NCBI GenBank assembly: GCA_029860075.1
Contig: JAOUBX010000007.1
Location: 35,355 to 99,354, forward strand
Reading direction: 5' to 3'
Source of the DNA: Deltaproteobacteria bacterium
GTDB taxonomy: Bacteria; Desulfobacterota; JADFVX01
DNA: 64,000 nt
Both the position numbers and the translations under genes were made by a program. This document shows, one piece after another, positions 48,162-55,783 of this stretch. The notes beneath the pieces were generated by a model that did no database searches, was not told the DNA's origin, and worked only from the letters and a program-made list of their open reading frames with translations. Every line of letters begins with the position of its first letter. Position 1 is the first letter of the stretch.

Positions 48162-48863
48162 CTAAACAGGGGAACTCACAATGATTACCAGGGGTATTTG
48201 ATACTCATCTTCCCCTGAAACGGTGACGAGGCCCCTGTATGCATCAGGCGGTGCATTTTCAGGTATCTTCCCTGAAAATACGAGTTTCTCAAAATCCATC
48301 GGTGCAATGGATATTTTTGATGGATTAATTTTGAAGGACTTTGCATTTATCTGGAAATTAGTTTTATCTCCCACAAAATCAGCGGCAGCCGCAAATTGCA
48401 GTTGTTTTGATCCCTGATGCGTTTCATTATCTATTGAGAAGGAAATCGTTACTTCACCACCGGCAAAGGCAGGCATCCTGTTGCTGACAAGGGGCTGGCT
48501 GTTTTCCGGTTCCTGCCGATGGTTTGGCGGTGCTTCAGGAGGCGCTGTTTGTTCCTGGCTCTGGCCTGTAAATTTTCTGATTAAATCTTCATAGTTTACT
48601 TTTGGGCCTGATGAATCTTCCTGCGTCTGGGTTTTCAATATGTCTGACGCCTTGTCGGAGGCAACGCCTCCAAGTTTGCTAACCAGGTTAACGCCCAGTT
48701 CAAGCCCTGTTTCTACAAGGTCGATCCCTCTGTCAAAAATTACGCCTATTTTGTCAATATTGTCCTTCGATGAATGGTTGCTGGATTGAGACGCTCCTTC
48801 GTCGCCGCCTTTAGAAGAATTTCCGTTCTTTTTTTGAGACTTTTCCGATTCGGTTTTAACCAC
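48162..48863 (-). CDS. Orphan protein: low-complexity N-terminus, Gly/Leu motif, Ig-like C-terminal domain (operon gene 6)
   Basis: GTG start after AGAGGA. GIDLVETGLELGVNLVSKLGG resembles segments in genes 5 and 11. The C-terminal roughly 100 aa look like a CARDB/NEW3-type beta-sandwich (..PDAYRGLVTVSGEDEYQIPLVIIV). Confidence 0.6.
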   Translation of the reverse strand: MVKTESEKSQKKNGNSSKGGDEGASQSSNHSSKDNIDKIGVIFDRGIDLVETGLELGVNLVSKLGGVASDKASDILKTQTQEDSSGPKVNYEDLIRKFTGQSQEQTAPPEAPPNHRQEPENSQPLVSNRMPAFAGGEVTISFSIDNETHQGSKQLQFAAAADFVGDKTNFQINAKSFKINPSKISIAPMDFEKLVFSGKIPENAPPDAYRGLVTVSGEDEYQIPLVIIVSSPV

Positions 48864-48964
48864 TTTATCCTCTTTATGCTTTATTTTTACGGGTACTTTG
48901 GGGTATGTACTATGGCATTTCTTCCCCTCTATCCCGAAAATCTATCTTTTTATACTGCCGCTAT

Positions 48965-49279
48965 CTAACAGCAGCAGGAACAGCCGCATCGTTCATGATG
49001 AGGAGGATAGCAGTCGACTGTATAGCAGTGCTGATCACAGCAATGACTGCTGCACCCATGATGACCGTGATGACCGGAGTGATGGTAAGAATGAGACCCG
49101 CCACACCTCGGATCACCCCAGATAGCGCTGTCCACTATATTTTTTACCAAAGAAGACCCACCGTAAATAAAAGACGATGCCAGGCTTGTCAAACCGCCTG
49201 CAATTCCTGCCAGCCCACCTGTTTGTACCGGATAAGGCGAATGGCATGGATGATGACCATGGTAACCATGATAACTCAT
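48965..49279 (-). CDS. 104-aa His/Cys-rich protein with central Gly/Leu segment (operon gene 5)
   Basis: SD GGGGAGGG. There is a 4-nt overlap with gene 4. The sequence runs MSYHGYHGHHPCH...GGLAGIAGGLTSL...HSYHHSGHHGHHGCSSHCCDQHC...CGCSCCC, with about 16 His and 12 Cys by hand count. Confidence 0.65.
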   Translation of the reverse strand: MSYHGYHGHHPCHSPYPVQTGGLAGIAGGLTSLASSFIYGGSSLVKNIVDSAIWGDPRCGGSHSYHHSGHHGHHGCSSHCCDQHCYTVDCYPPHHERCGCSCCC

Positions 49280-49884
49280 TTTGTTCCCTCCCCATGAATT
49301 GTTAAAGCGACCCTGCTTGCATTTCTTGCAAAAGATGAGACTTCACCTGAAGCCATTGATGCCTCTCTGCATTTTGAAGGAATAGCAGGATTTCCTCCTG
49401 TTGCTTCTATGGCATAACTGCGGTTATGCCTTATTTCCTGTTCTTTCCTGTATTTGTCCCGTGGAATCATATGGGTGCTGCCTTTTAACAGTATTCTGAA
49501 TAGTTCCAGACCCAGAAATTTTCCGCTTACCGTATAATTAGAGGGTACGTGAAAGTCCTGGTACGTTCCAACGGAGATTGGCGGCATTCTTCGTACATTC
49601 ATATCAAGCGGCGGAAGTTGCCTTAAAGCCACATTCATGGGGGGAAGGTTGGTCACCTGAAATTTATCGACTTTGATTGGGTCGATATTTCGGACCTGGT
49701 TGACATGAAAGGAATCGATATTGATAGGATCTATGTGATTGATTTCCTTTACGTGATGGGCAACAGGGTCAATATTGCGGACTTCTTTAACATGGAGGTC
49801 TACAGGGTCAATGCCTTTAACCTCCCTTATTTTCAGGTGTACACTTTCGCTATCACTGTCATTTTGTAAATAAACATTACCCAT
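49276..49884 (-). CDS. Orphan repeat protein with about 7 tandem 10-16-aa IDP(V/I)/LPP units (operon gene 4)
   Basis: SD AGAGGGA. Repeats run LKIREVKGIDPVD / LHVKEVRNIDPVA / HHVKEINHIDPIN / IDSFHVNQVRNIDPIK / VDKFQVTNLPPMN / VALRQLPPLD / MNVRRMPPIS. Confidence 0.6.
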   Translation of the reverse strand: MGNVYLQNDSDSESVHLKIREVKGIDPVDLHVKEVRNIDPVAHHVKEINHIDPINIDSFHVNQVRNIDPIKVDKFQVTNLPPMNVALRQLPPLDMNVRRMPPISVGTYQDFHVPSNYTVSGKFLGLELFRILLKGSTHMIPRDKYRKEQEIRHNRSYAIEATGGNPAIPSKCREASMASGEVSSFARNASRVALTIHGEGTK

Positions 49885-49962
49885 CTTTTATCCCTCTTTG
49901 CGTCTAAGATTTATAAAAGCTTCTTGTAAATGGTAAAGAGAACCGATCAACTATATATCGTT

Positions 49963-50682
49963 TTATGCCGGCCACTTATAATTTGCTAAAATTATCTTCG
50001 CTTCATCGCCGGCAGAGGTCCCGTTTAAAGAAACTTCAACAGTAACTACTGTTGTTGCTTCGCTTATGCTGTTTGGTGCGCGGTAAAAACCGCCGTTATC
50101 AATACTTCCCACTACAGGGCTTCTTGTCCAGGTGATATTCGATGATGTGGAATTACTGATAATAGTCCGGAATTGCTGGACCTTATTGCTATTATCTATA
50201 TAGTTATTCTTATGTCCTGTACGGCAATATAAGTGCACGACCTTCGGGAAAATTTCGATAACCGGTTCGGCTTCAGGTTCAGGACCCACACCTACAATGT
50301 TGACGATGGCCGTTGCTTTCCTGGTGGGATCATCAATTGATGTGGCAACAACGATATCCGTCGTATAATTGCCATAATCAGTATCCGCATCATAATCAGG
50401 CGCTATATAAAGACCTGATGAATTGATACTGCCTTCCCCCGGTTCTCCTTTTTCATTAAATACTTCCCACCTGACTCTGTTTGTGGGGGCATTGAATATT
50501 GCCGAATCAAACTGTATCCGCGTATTTACAGGATCAACGTAGCGTTCATTTTTGAAGTAAACTTCTGCATTTTCAGGCCATATCTCGATTTCTATCTGAT
50601 GCTCGCAAATGATGTGATGATGCCTTACATGGGGTAAGCATCTAACCTGATGGTTTCTATGTCTATGCTTATTTAAATACAT
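49963..50682 (-). CDS. Orphan protein: His-rich N-terminus plus two tandem Ig-like repeats (operon gene 3)
   Basis: The N-terminus reads MYLNKHRHRNHQVRCLPHVRHHHIICEH. It is followed by two roughly 95-aa repeats, each starting IEI(W/F)P and containing (W)...G.I...G.Y.AP. No obvious SD. Confidence 0.55.
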   Translation of the reverse strand: MYLNKHRHRNHQVRCLPHVRHHHIICEHQIEIEIWPENAEVYFKNERYVDPVNTRIQFDSAIFNAPTNRVRWEVFNEKGEPGEGSINSSGLYIAPDYDADTDYGNYTTDIVVATSIDDPTRKATAIVNIVGVGPEPEAEPVIEIFPKVVHLYCRTGHKNNYIDNSNKVQQFRTIISNSTSSNITWTRSPVVGSIDNGGFYRAPNSISEATTVVTVEVSLNGTSAGDEAKIILANYKWPA

Positions 50683-50712
50683 AAGTGATTGGTTTTTACC
50701 GGAAATATATTT

Positions 50713-51132
50713 TTACTCGTCACAGTCGATGAGGCCGAGTTCTATTGACGGCTTTGCTGAAACCTTGCCATTTAATTTGCCTTCCGCCTCTATTTCGGAA
50801 GAGCACTTCATTTGCCCATCCATTTCCCCGCTTATCTCATCTGTTTTGACTGTTCCGCTTAATCTGAAGGAAGCTCTCTTTACTTTCAGATCAAAGGGGC
50901 TGATTCTTGCCTTAAAAGCCCCTACCGATGCAATCAATACGGGCGCGCGTTTTTTTCTGAAAGGGACAGTCATCTTAATGGGGATTTCATCTATAGCAAT
51001 GTTTATTTCACCGACAGTCATGTCGCCGCGGCCGGAAGCAGTGAGGGAGGCTTTGCACTTGAGCGGATCAAGGCGGGTTTTCATTTTGAAAGAGGGGTTG
51101 CTTTTTAGTATTCCTTTAGCTTTAAAATTCAT
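50713..51132 (-). CDS. Basic beta-rich orphan protein (operon gene 2)
   Basis: SD GAGGAG. The start lies 2 nt after the gene 1 stop. 139 aa, ends LIDCDE. No recognisable family. Confidence 0.55.
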   Translation of the reverse strand: MNFKAKGILKSNPSFKMKTRLDPLKCKASLTASGRGDMTVGEINIAIDEIPIKMTVPFRKKRAPVLIASVGAFKARISPFDLKVKRASFRLSGTVKTDEISGEMDGQMKCSSEIEAEGKLNGKVSAKPSIELGLIDCDE

Positions 51133-51134
51133 AT

Positions 51135-51338
51135 CTACTTCTCCTCACAATCAGAAATTTCACCTTCTTCCCCTTCGGGATAAACACGATCTGCAAGATC
51201 GCCGCACATATCATCGAGGGTGACATTTAAATTTTCGTAGCCTGCCAGGGCTTCATTGAGTTCATTGCAGTTGTCACCTGAAACCTCGAATGAAACGAGC
51301 GGCCCCAGTCTGACTTTAAGTACGATTCTGGACGACAT
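51135..51338 (-). CDS. 67-aa acidic orphan protein (operon gene 1)
   Basis: SD AGAGGGGA. Ends EGEEGEISDCEEK. It is the first gene after the divergent intergenic region. Confidence 0.5.
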   Translation of the reverse strand: MSSRIVLKVRLGPLVSFEVSGDNCNELNEALAGYENLNVTLDDMCGDLADRVYPEGEEGEISDCEEK

Positions 51339-51401
51339 ATAAAGTTCCCCTCTAGTCGATGAAATAATAAAAAAACAAAGTTCTTTCGTAAAATAAGATC
51401 A

Positions 51402-51429
51402 ACTTATATAATTAAAGCAAAATATAAGT
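51402..51429. promoter_or_regulatory. Inverted repeat ACTTATAT-N12-ATATAAGT in the divergent intergenic region (candidate operator)
   Basis: Read directly from the AT-rich 222-bp spacer between the two divergent operons. Confidence 0.3.
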
Positions 51430-51560
51430 CAAGTTATTTTTGAACCAAATGTCAAGGGGCGCAGACTCCTAATGGAATCTGTATAGAAAGTTTACTCCAT
51501 GAAATGGGGGTTGGCAAAAAAAGTTTTTGACCTGAGGAACGAAAAAAATAAAAGCAAGCT

Positions 51561-53309
51561 ATGGTCCAAATTAACGATGTGGATTCCAATAAGATGACCT
51601 TACATTGTCCGGAAAATTGTGCAACTTTAGATAGAGACAGTTATTCTTATTACAACAGTAAGAGAGATCCTCACCCTCCTTCACAGGAAATAGAGATAGT
51701 CAAAACCATATTTCTTAGAGAATACGGGAAAAAGGATCCTCCTTCGGGCAGAATCAGAAGTGGTACCTTTGATGATTTTATGTCTTCTCTGGCAAGTCTG
51801 AAAGCAAAGCATGTAGACACAATCATTCTGCTTCCCCTTCATCCCCTTGGCAAGGCCCTGTGGGGCGCTGTGGCCAGTCCCTATGAACCGATGGATTATT
51901 TTTCAATAGAGCCCTCTCTTGTAAAACATAACTGGGGAGCAGGCACGGCGCGGCTTAAGAGTGAATACAAGCGCTTTAAAAAGAATCATCTCCCCGGAGA
52001 AATGGAGGAATTCAGGCTCTTTAAAAAAAATGTAAGAGTTCTGGAATATGCAAAGTACAATGCAGCAAAACTTATTAGCCGGGAAAAAAACAGGGCATTG
52101 AATGATTTTACTGATTATAAAGATGAGCCTCATTACAAACTGCTTATGGAGGAAACGCTCTTTGAGCAGTTTGTGGCAAGGAAGAAATTCCTTGGTTTTA
52201 TTGAACATGCCCACTGGCTGGGATTGAAGATTATCATGGATATTCCGGGATATTTTGGTACAGACAGTATTGCCGATCTCTTTTATGAAAATTATATCCG
52301 TAAAAATAAAGACGGCACTTATTACCAGCCCGGTTTCGATCAATGGGGGCATGGATGGTATACGCTCAGGCAAATGGAGGTAAATAACTCCAAAGCGCTT
52401 CATTATTTATGTTCCATCTACAGGTATTGGGTTGATGAATTCAAGGTGGACGGCTTCAGGATCGACGCCATACTGACTCAGCCCGATCTTTATGTAAAAG
52501 CTATTCGGCAAGCTGTACCCCATACCTTTCTCCTGGGAGAAACGATAGGAACGTTTAAAGGTGATATTGAAAGGAAGTATATTGATGAGCTTAAGCTCGA
52601 TTCAATCTATAATCCTGAATGGATATGGACAGGTGATATAAAGAAATATCTTGTAAAAGCGCACAAAAGACCTTCCGGCAGGCGATTGTTTCATATGAGG
52701 GATACTCATGACGAAGGGAGGCTCAAAAAGGGAGACCCTTTTTCCATACCTAGAAAGAAGTACCTCTCCCTCCTGGCAATGGCACTCCTGGGACTGCCGG
52801 GGAAAGATATTATCGGTTTTCTCGATGGAAACTTTGATTTGCTGGAAGGGACTCCAGAGCTTCACGAGCTTTATCTGAAAGAGTTTTATGTTGCTGATCA
52901 AAGCAGTATCTGCTTTTCCGATGGGACGGAACTTGGCTCATCAGAGTATATTAAGCGGCTCATATATCTTAGAAAAAAACTTGATCCCCTGAGAAAGAGT
53001 GGTAATATTGTCTTTCTTGAACAATGGAGCAAGCAGATCTCTTCCTATGTGAGAGAAGGGGAAAAGCTTGACGTCATTGTTATAAGCAATGTGGGAGATG
53101 TGAATTTCAGCGGTTCCGTTAAGATCCCGGTAAGGGCCGGTTTTTTTATCGATGAAAATAGGGACATTTGCAAAGATCTCATATCTGGTAAAAGAATAGG
53201 AATTCCTTGCTCCACAGGCAAAGGTATTATATTAACGCTCGATATCGGCCAGTCAGTGGCTTTCTCATTGAAGAAAGGCGATTGCTCTCTTTTGAGAAAG
53301 CAGATTTGA
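51561..53309 (+). CDS. Divergent GH13 (alpha-amylase superfamily)-like protein, cytoplasmic
   Basis: Matches to GH13 conserved regions: region II VDGFRIDAI, region III FLLGETIG, region IV-like MRDTHDE. The region I-like IIMDIPG lacks the usual His. No signal peptide and no clear SD. Confidence 0.55.
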   Translation: MVQINDVDSNKMTLHCPENCATLDRDSYSYYNSKRDPHPPSQEIEIVKTIFLREYGKKDPPSGRIRSGTFDDFMSSLASLKAKHVDTIILLPLHPLGKALWGAVASPYEPMDYFSIEPSLVKHNWGAGTARLKSEYKRFKKNHLPGEMEEFRLFKKNVRVLEYAKYNAAKLISREKNRALNDFTDYKDEPHYKLLMEETLFEQFVARKKFLGFIEHAHWLGLKIIMDIPGYFGTDSIADLFYENYIRKNKDGTYYQPGFDQWGHGWYTLRQMEVNNSKALHYLCSIYRYWVDEFKVDGFRIDAILTQPDLYVKAIRQAVPHTFLLGETIGTFKGDIERKYIDELKLDSIYNPEWIWTGDIKKYLVKAHKRPSGRRLFHMRDTHDEGRLKKGDPFSIPRKKYLSLLAMALLGLPGKDIIGFLDGNFDLLEGTPELHELYLKEFYVADQSSICFSDGTELGSSEYIKRLIYLRKKLDPLRKSGNIVFLEQWSKQISSYVREGEKLDVIVISNVGDVNFSGSVKIPVRAGFFIDENRDICKDLISGKRIGIPCSTGKGIILTLDIGQSVAFSLKKGDCSLLRKQI

Positions 53310-53355
53310 CCGGTATTGTGTCAGAAATCTGAAAAAATGGTGTGCTAATCCTGAA

Positions 53356-54288
53356 ATGATTGATATTGATGATTTTATAAAGAATGACAAAGGGCAGCAG
53401 GAAATCGATCATTGCCTGAAGAGGCTTCGTGATAAAGCTGATGAAGTTTTACGGCCTCTTGCCACAAGCTATTATCCGGCCATGATAGCCCATGATCATG
53501 CCAGTGAATTCAACAAAATGCGTGAGCTCAGCACCAAAATGATGCTTGTGGGGCAGGCATGTGCAGAGATTGCCGGATATGAATTTAATGATAAGCTCAT
53601 TATGTTAAGTGCGCTTTTCGGCGGTTGCTGCTTTCTGGGTGATAGCTTTATCGATGATTATGACGATGAAGAAACACTGGATTATATAAACAGGCTGGAG
53701 CGGCTCCTTACAAAAGGGTGGTTTGAAATAAGTGATGACCGGGAAAAACTCTTTTATGTTATCGTGACAAGGCTTTTTTCTGAATGTGATGTTTTTGAAG
53801 AGAAAACACGGCAGGCCATTTTCGGACAGTTTCTGGCCCAGAAAAGGGATGCTTTATGGAGGCTGGACCATACAGAACTTATGTCCTTATCTCATGATGA
53901 GAAAATCGACGCCCTTCTCCAGTGCGCCAATGACCGGGGTGGATATGTGACTCTCGTACTTTCACTTGTCCTTACTGAGGAGCTTTCTCTGCATTATCAG
54001 CATATTCTCTATCTGGCCGGTAAGCTTTTTATGCATATCGATGACCACGGCGATCACCATCAGGATAAATACAACAAAAGATTTACCTATATGAACAGTA
54101 TCGATAATCCGGCTGATAAACTGGAAAAACTTTTCAATAATATTGTTTCAAAGATCAAGTCGGACTTGCCAGAAAATGGCGGACGTGATATTTTAACAAA
54201 CTTTTTGACACGCTATTATCACACACGCTTAAAAAAACATATTTTGGAGCAAAACAGGGGAAGCAGCAGGTGGGTAATTTATGAATGA
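53356..54288 (+). CDS. All-alpha protein with two DDxxD motifs (isoprenoid synthase / ComQ-like fold candidate)
   Basis: FLGDSFIDDYDDEE at about residue 95 and MHIDDHGDHHQD at about residue 228. The spacing of about 130 aa resembles the FARM/SARM spacing of trans-isoprenyl diphosphate synthases. Confidence 0.4.
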   Translation: MIDIDDFIKNDKGQQEIDHCLKRLRDKADEVLRPLATSYYPAMIAHDHASEFNKMRELSTKMMLVGQACAEIAGYEFNDKLIMLSALFGGCCFLGDSFIDDYDDEETLDYINRLERLLTKGWFEISDDREKLFYVIVTRLFSECDVFEEKTRQAIFGQFLAQKRDALWRLDHTELMSLSHDEKIDALLQCANDRGGYVTLVLSLVLTEELSLHYQHILYLAGKLFMHIDDHGDHHQDKYNKRFTYMNSIDNPADKLEKLFNNIVSKIKSDLPENGGRDILTNFLTRYYHTRLKKHILEQNRGSSRWVIYE

Positions 54289-54874
54289 CTATTCCCATAA
54301 TTACAGGAAGTTATTCGATCGTTTTTCTATAGAACTTCAGTCAATTTATAAAAGGCCATCTGAAAAAGAAAAGGCTCCCCTATTTAATATCAGTTGTGAA
54401 AATGAAGCGGCAAAGGCCCCATTTCAATATGACTCGGCAAATGCCGTTCTTCACAGGACAGGCTGTAAATATATTGATGGAAAATACAACCTTTCTATTT
54501 TTGCCCTGTGGGAAATCAACGAGGAAGACCTCGCTTTTGCCTGTAAAAAATGTAAGCCTCATTTAACCGGAGGAGAGGGTTTGGAAAAAGATCCAGTTTC
54601 AGATATGATGTACGGTATTTTTTCTCTCATCGACCAGTTTGGCTCGGTCCTTATAGAAAGAGGGAAAGAGTATAAAAAAACAGGCAGCGGTAAAAAGCTT
54701 GCCCATTCATTAGGCGCTAATCTCAGTGAACAGCAGGAAAAGCTCCTCGATAAATCCATATCCAGCCTTGACTTGCTCATTAATTCTCTTCATCAGCTCA
54801 ATATGCAGCTGGAAAGCGGGGAGAAGAGAGACAAAAAAGAAGAAAACCATGGTAATTCGGAAAGCGCCAGGTGA
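54281..54874 (+). CDS. Hypothetical protein with H..C...C..C Zn-ribbon-like motif and coiled-coil C-terminus
   Basis: HRTGCKYI...ACKKCKP. It has an 8-nt overlap with the upstream gene and a 4-nt overlap with the downstream gene. Confidence 0.45.
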   Translation: MNDYSHNYRKLFDRFSIELQSIYKRPSEKEKAPLFNISCENEAAKAPFQYDSANAVLHRTGCKYIDGKYNLSIFALWEINEEDLAFACKKCKPHLTGGEGLEKDPVSDMMYGIFSLIDQFGSVLIERGKEYKKTGSGKKLAHSLGANLSEQQEKLLDKSISSLDLLINSLHQLNMQLESGEKRDKKEENHGNSESAR

Positions 54875-55776
54875 GTTCCCATCACTTTACAAGCCGGTAC
54901 AGAAAGAATCTCGACTGGCTGCAAAGCAAGGCAGTTAGTGACCTAAACTATGATATACAGGGGACTTTTTTAACGCTGGAGGTCGATGATAAGGAGCTTC
55001 TGAGCTTGCTGGCAGAGCGTTATGGTTGTTTTTTTTACGGGGAAAAAGTTTCTTCCTCGCGCAGAATCAAAATTAAGAAAAACAAGAGACACTTCATTTT
55101 TACAGATTCCCAGGGGAAATCGTTTCCTTGCCGTCATATGGGTGAAGTACTTTATCCATACCTGGCCCACACTTTCGATGAAATATATGAAGCTCTGGCA
55201 GGCCATTTAGTCTTTCATGGTTCAGCTTTTTCAACAGATGCCGGTGGTATATTGATATTGGGGAGAGCGGGAGCAGGGAAGACCAGCCTCCTCCTGGAAA
55301 TGATTAAAAGGGGTTTTTCTTATATCTCCGATGATGTTTCAATCGTGGATATTTCAGGGAGAAAGGAGTTAATCCCAAATCCACAGGGCTTTAAATTGAG
55401 AGAGCCGCTGTTAAGCTGTCAGGGTGTTGAAAGGTCAGGTTTTAAGGGTAAATATATTAATCCATGTAATATTGATAATTTGGATATTTCATCGACATGC
55501 CCCTTGTTGGCAGTCATATTGCTGGCTGATGAAAAGGGTAATGGTTACGCCGGTCGTCCTGCTTATTTTGGTGATTATGCAGAACCTTTAAGTAAATTGA
55601 TTATTCCCCCTTCAGCAAGAAAGTCTTCTTTAGGGACAATTAGCGCCCTTTTTGATAAAATACCACTTATAGTCATGAATTCCTCAAAAGAAATAGCTGT
55701 TGAGAAAAAAGCTCAAAATATTCTGGACCGGCTTGATCTCAATCACAAAGGTAATTCCACATTAAAAGCAGGGTGA
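54871..55776 (+). CDS. HPr-kinase-C-terminal-like P-loop protein (HprK-related kinase)
   Basis: FHGSAFSTDAGGILILGRAGAGKTSLLLEMIKRGFSYISDDVSIVD matches the HG..V...G.GVLI.G.SG.GKS......L...G..L..DD pattern. Confidence 0.55.
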   Translation: MSSHHFTSRYRKNLDWLQSKAVSDLNYDIQGTFLTLEVDDKELLSLLAERYGCFFYGEKVSSSRRIKIKKNKRHFIFTDSQGKSFPCRHMGEVLYPYLAHTFDEIYEALAGHLVFHGSAFSTDAGGILILGRAGAGKTSLLLEMIKRGFSYISDDVSIVDISGRKELIPNPQGFKLREPLLSCQGVERSGFKGKYINPCNIDNLDISSTCPLLAVILLADEKGNGYAGRPAYFGDYAEPLSKLIIPPSARKSSLGTISALFDKIPLIVMNSSKEIAVEKKAQNILDRLDLNHKGNSTLKAG

Positions 55777-55783
55777 TAGTGCA

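Noticed and set aside
44618-51338. Interpreting the operon as a magnetosome, gas-vesicle, microcompartment, encapsulin or spore-coat cluster, or as a RiPP precursor set.
   Set aside because: I could not recognise any hallmark genes: no MamK/I/A/B-like proteins, GvpA/N, BMC-domain proteins or HK97-fold shell, and no radical-SAM, YcaO, LanM or MNIO maturases. The mreB at 19595-20632 is a canonical housekeeping copy far from the locus. The idea stays open only as analogy.
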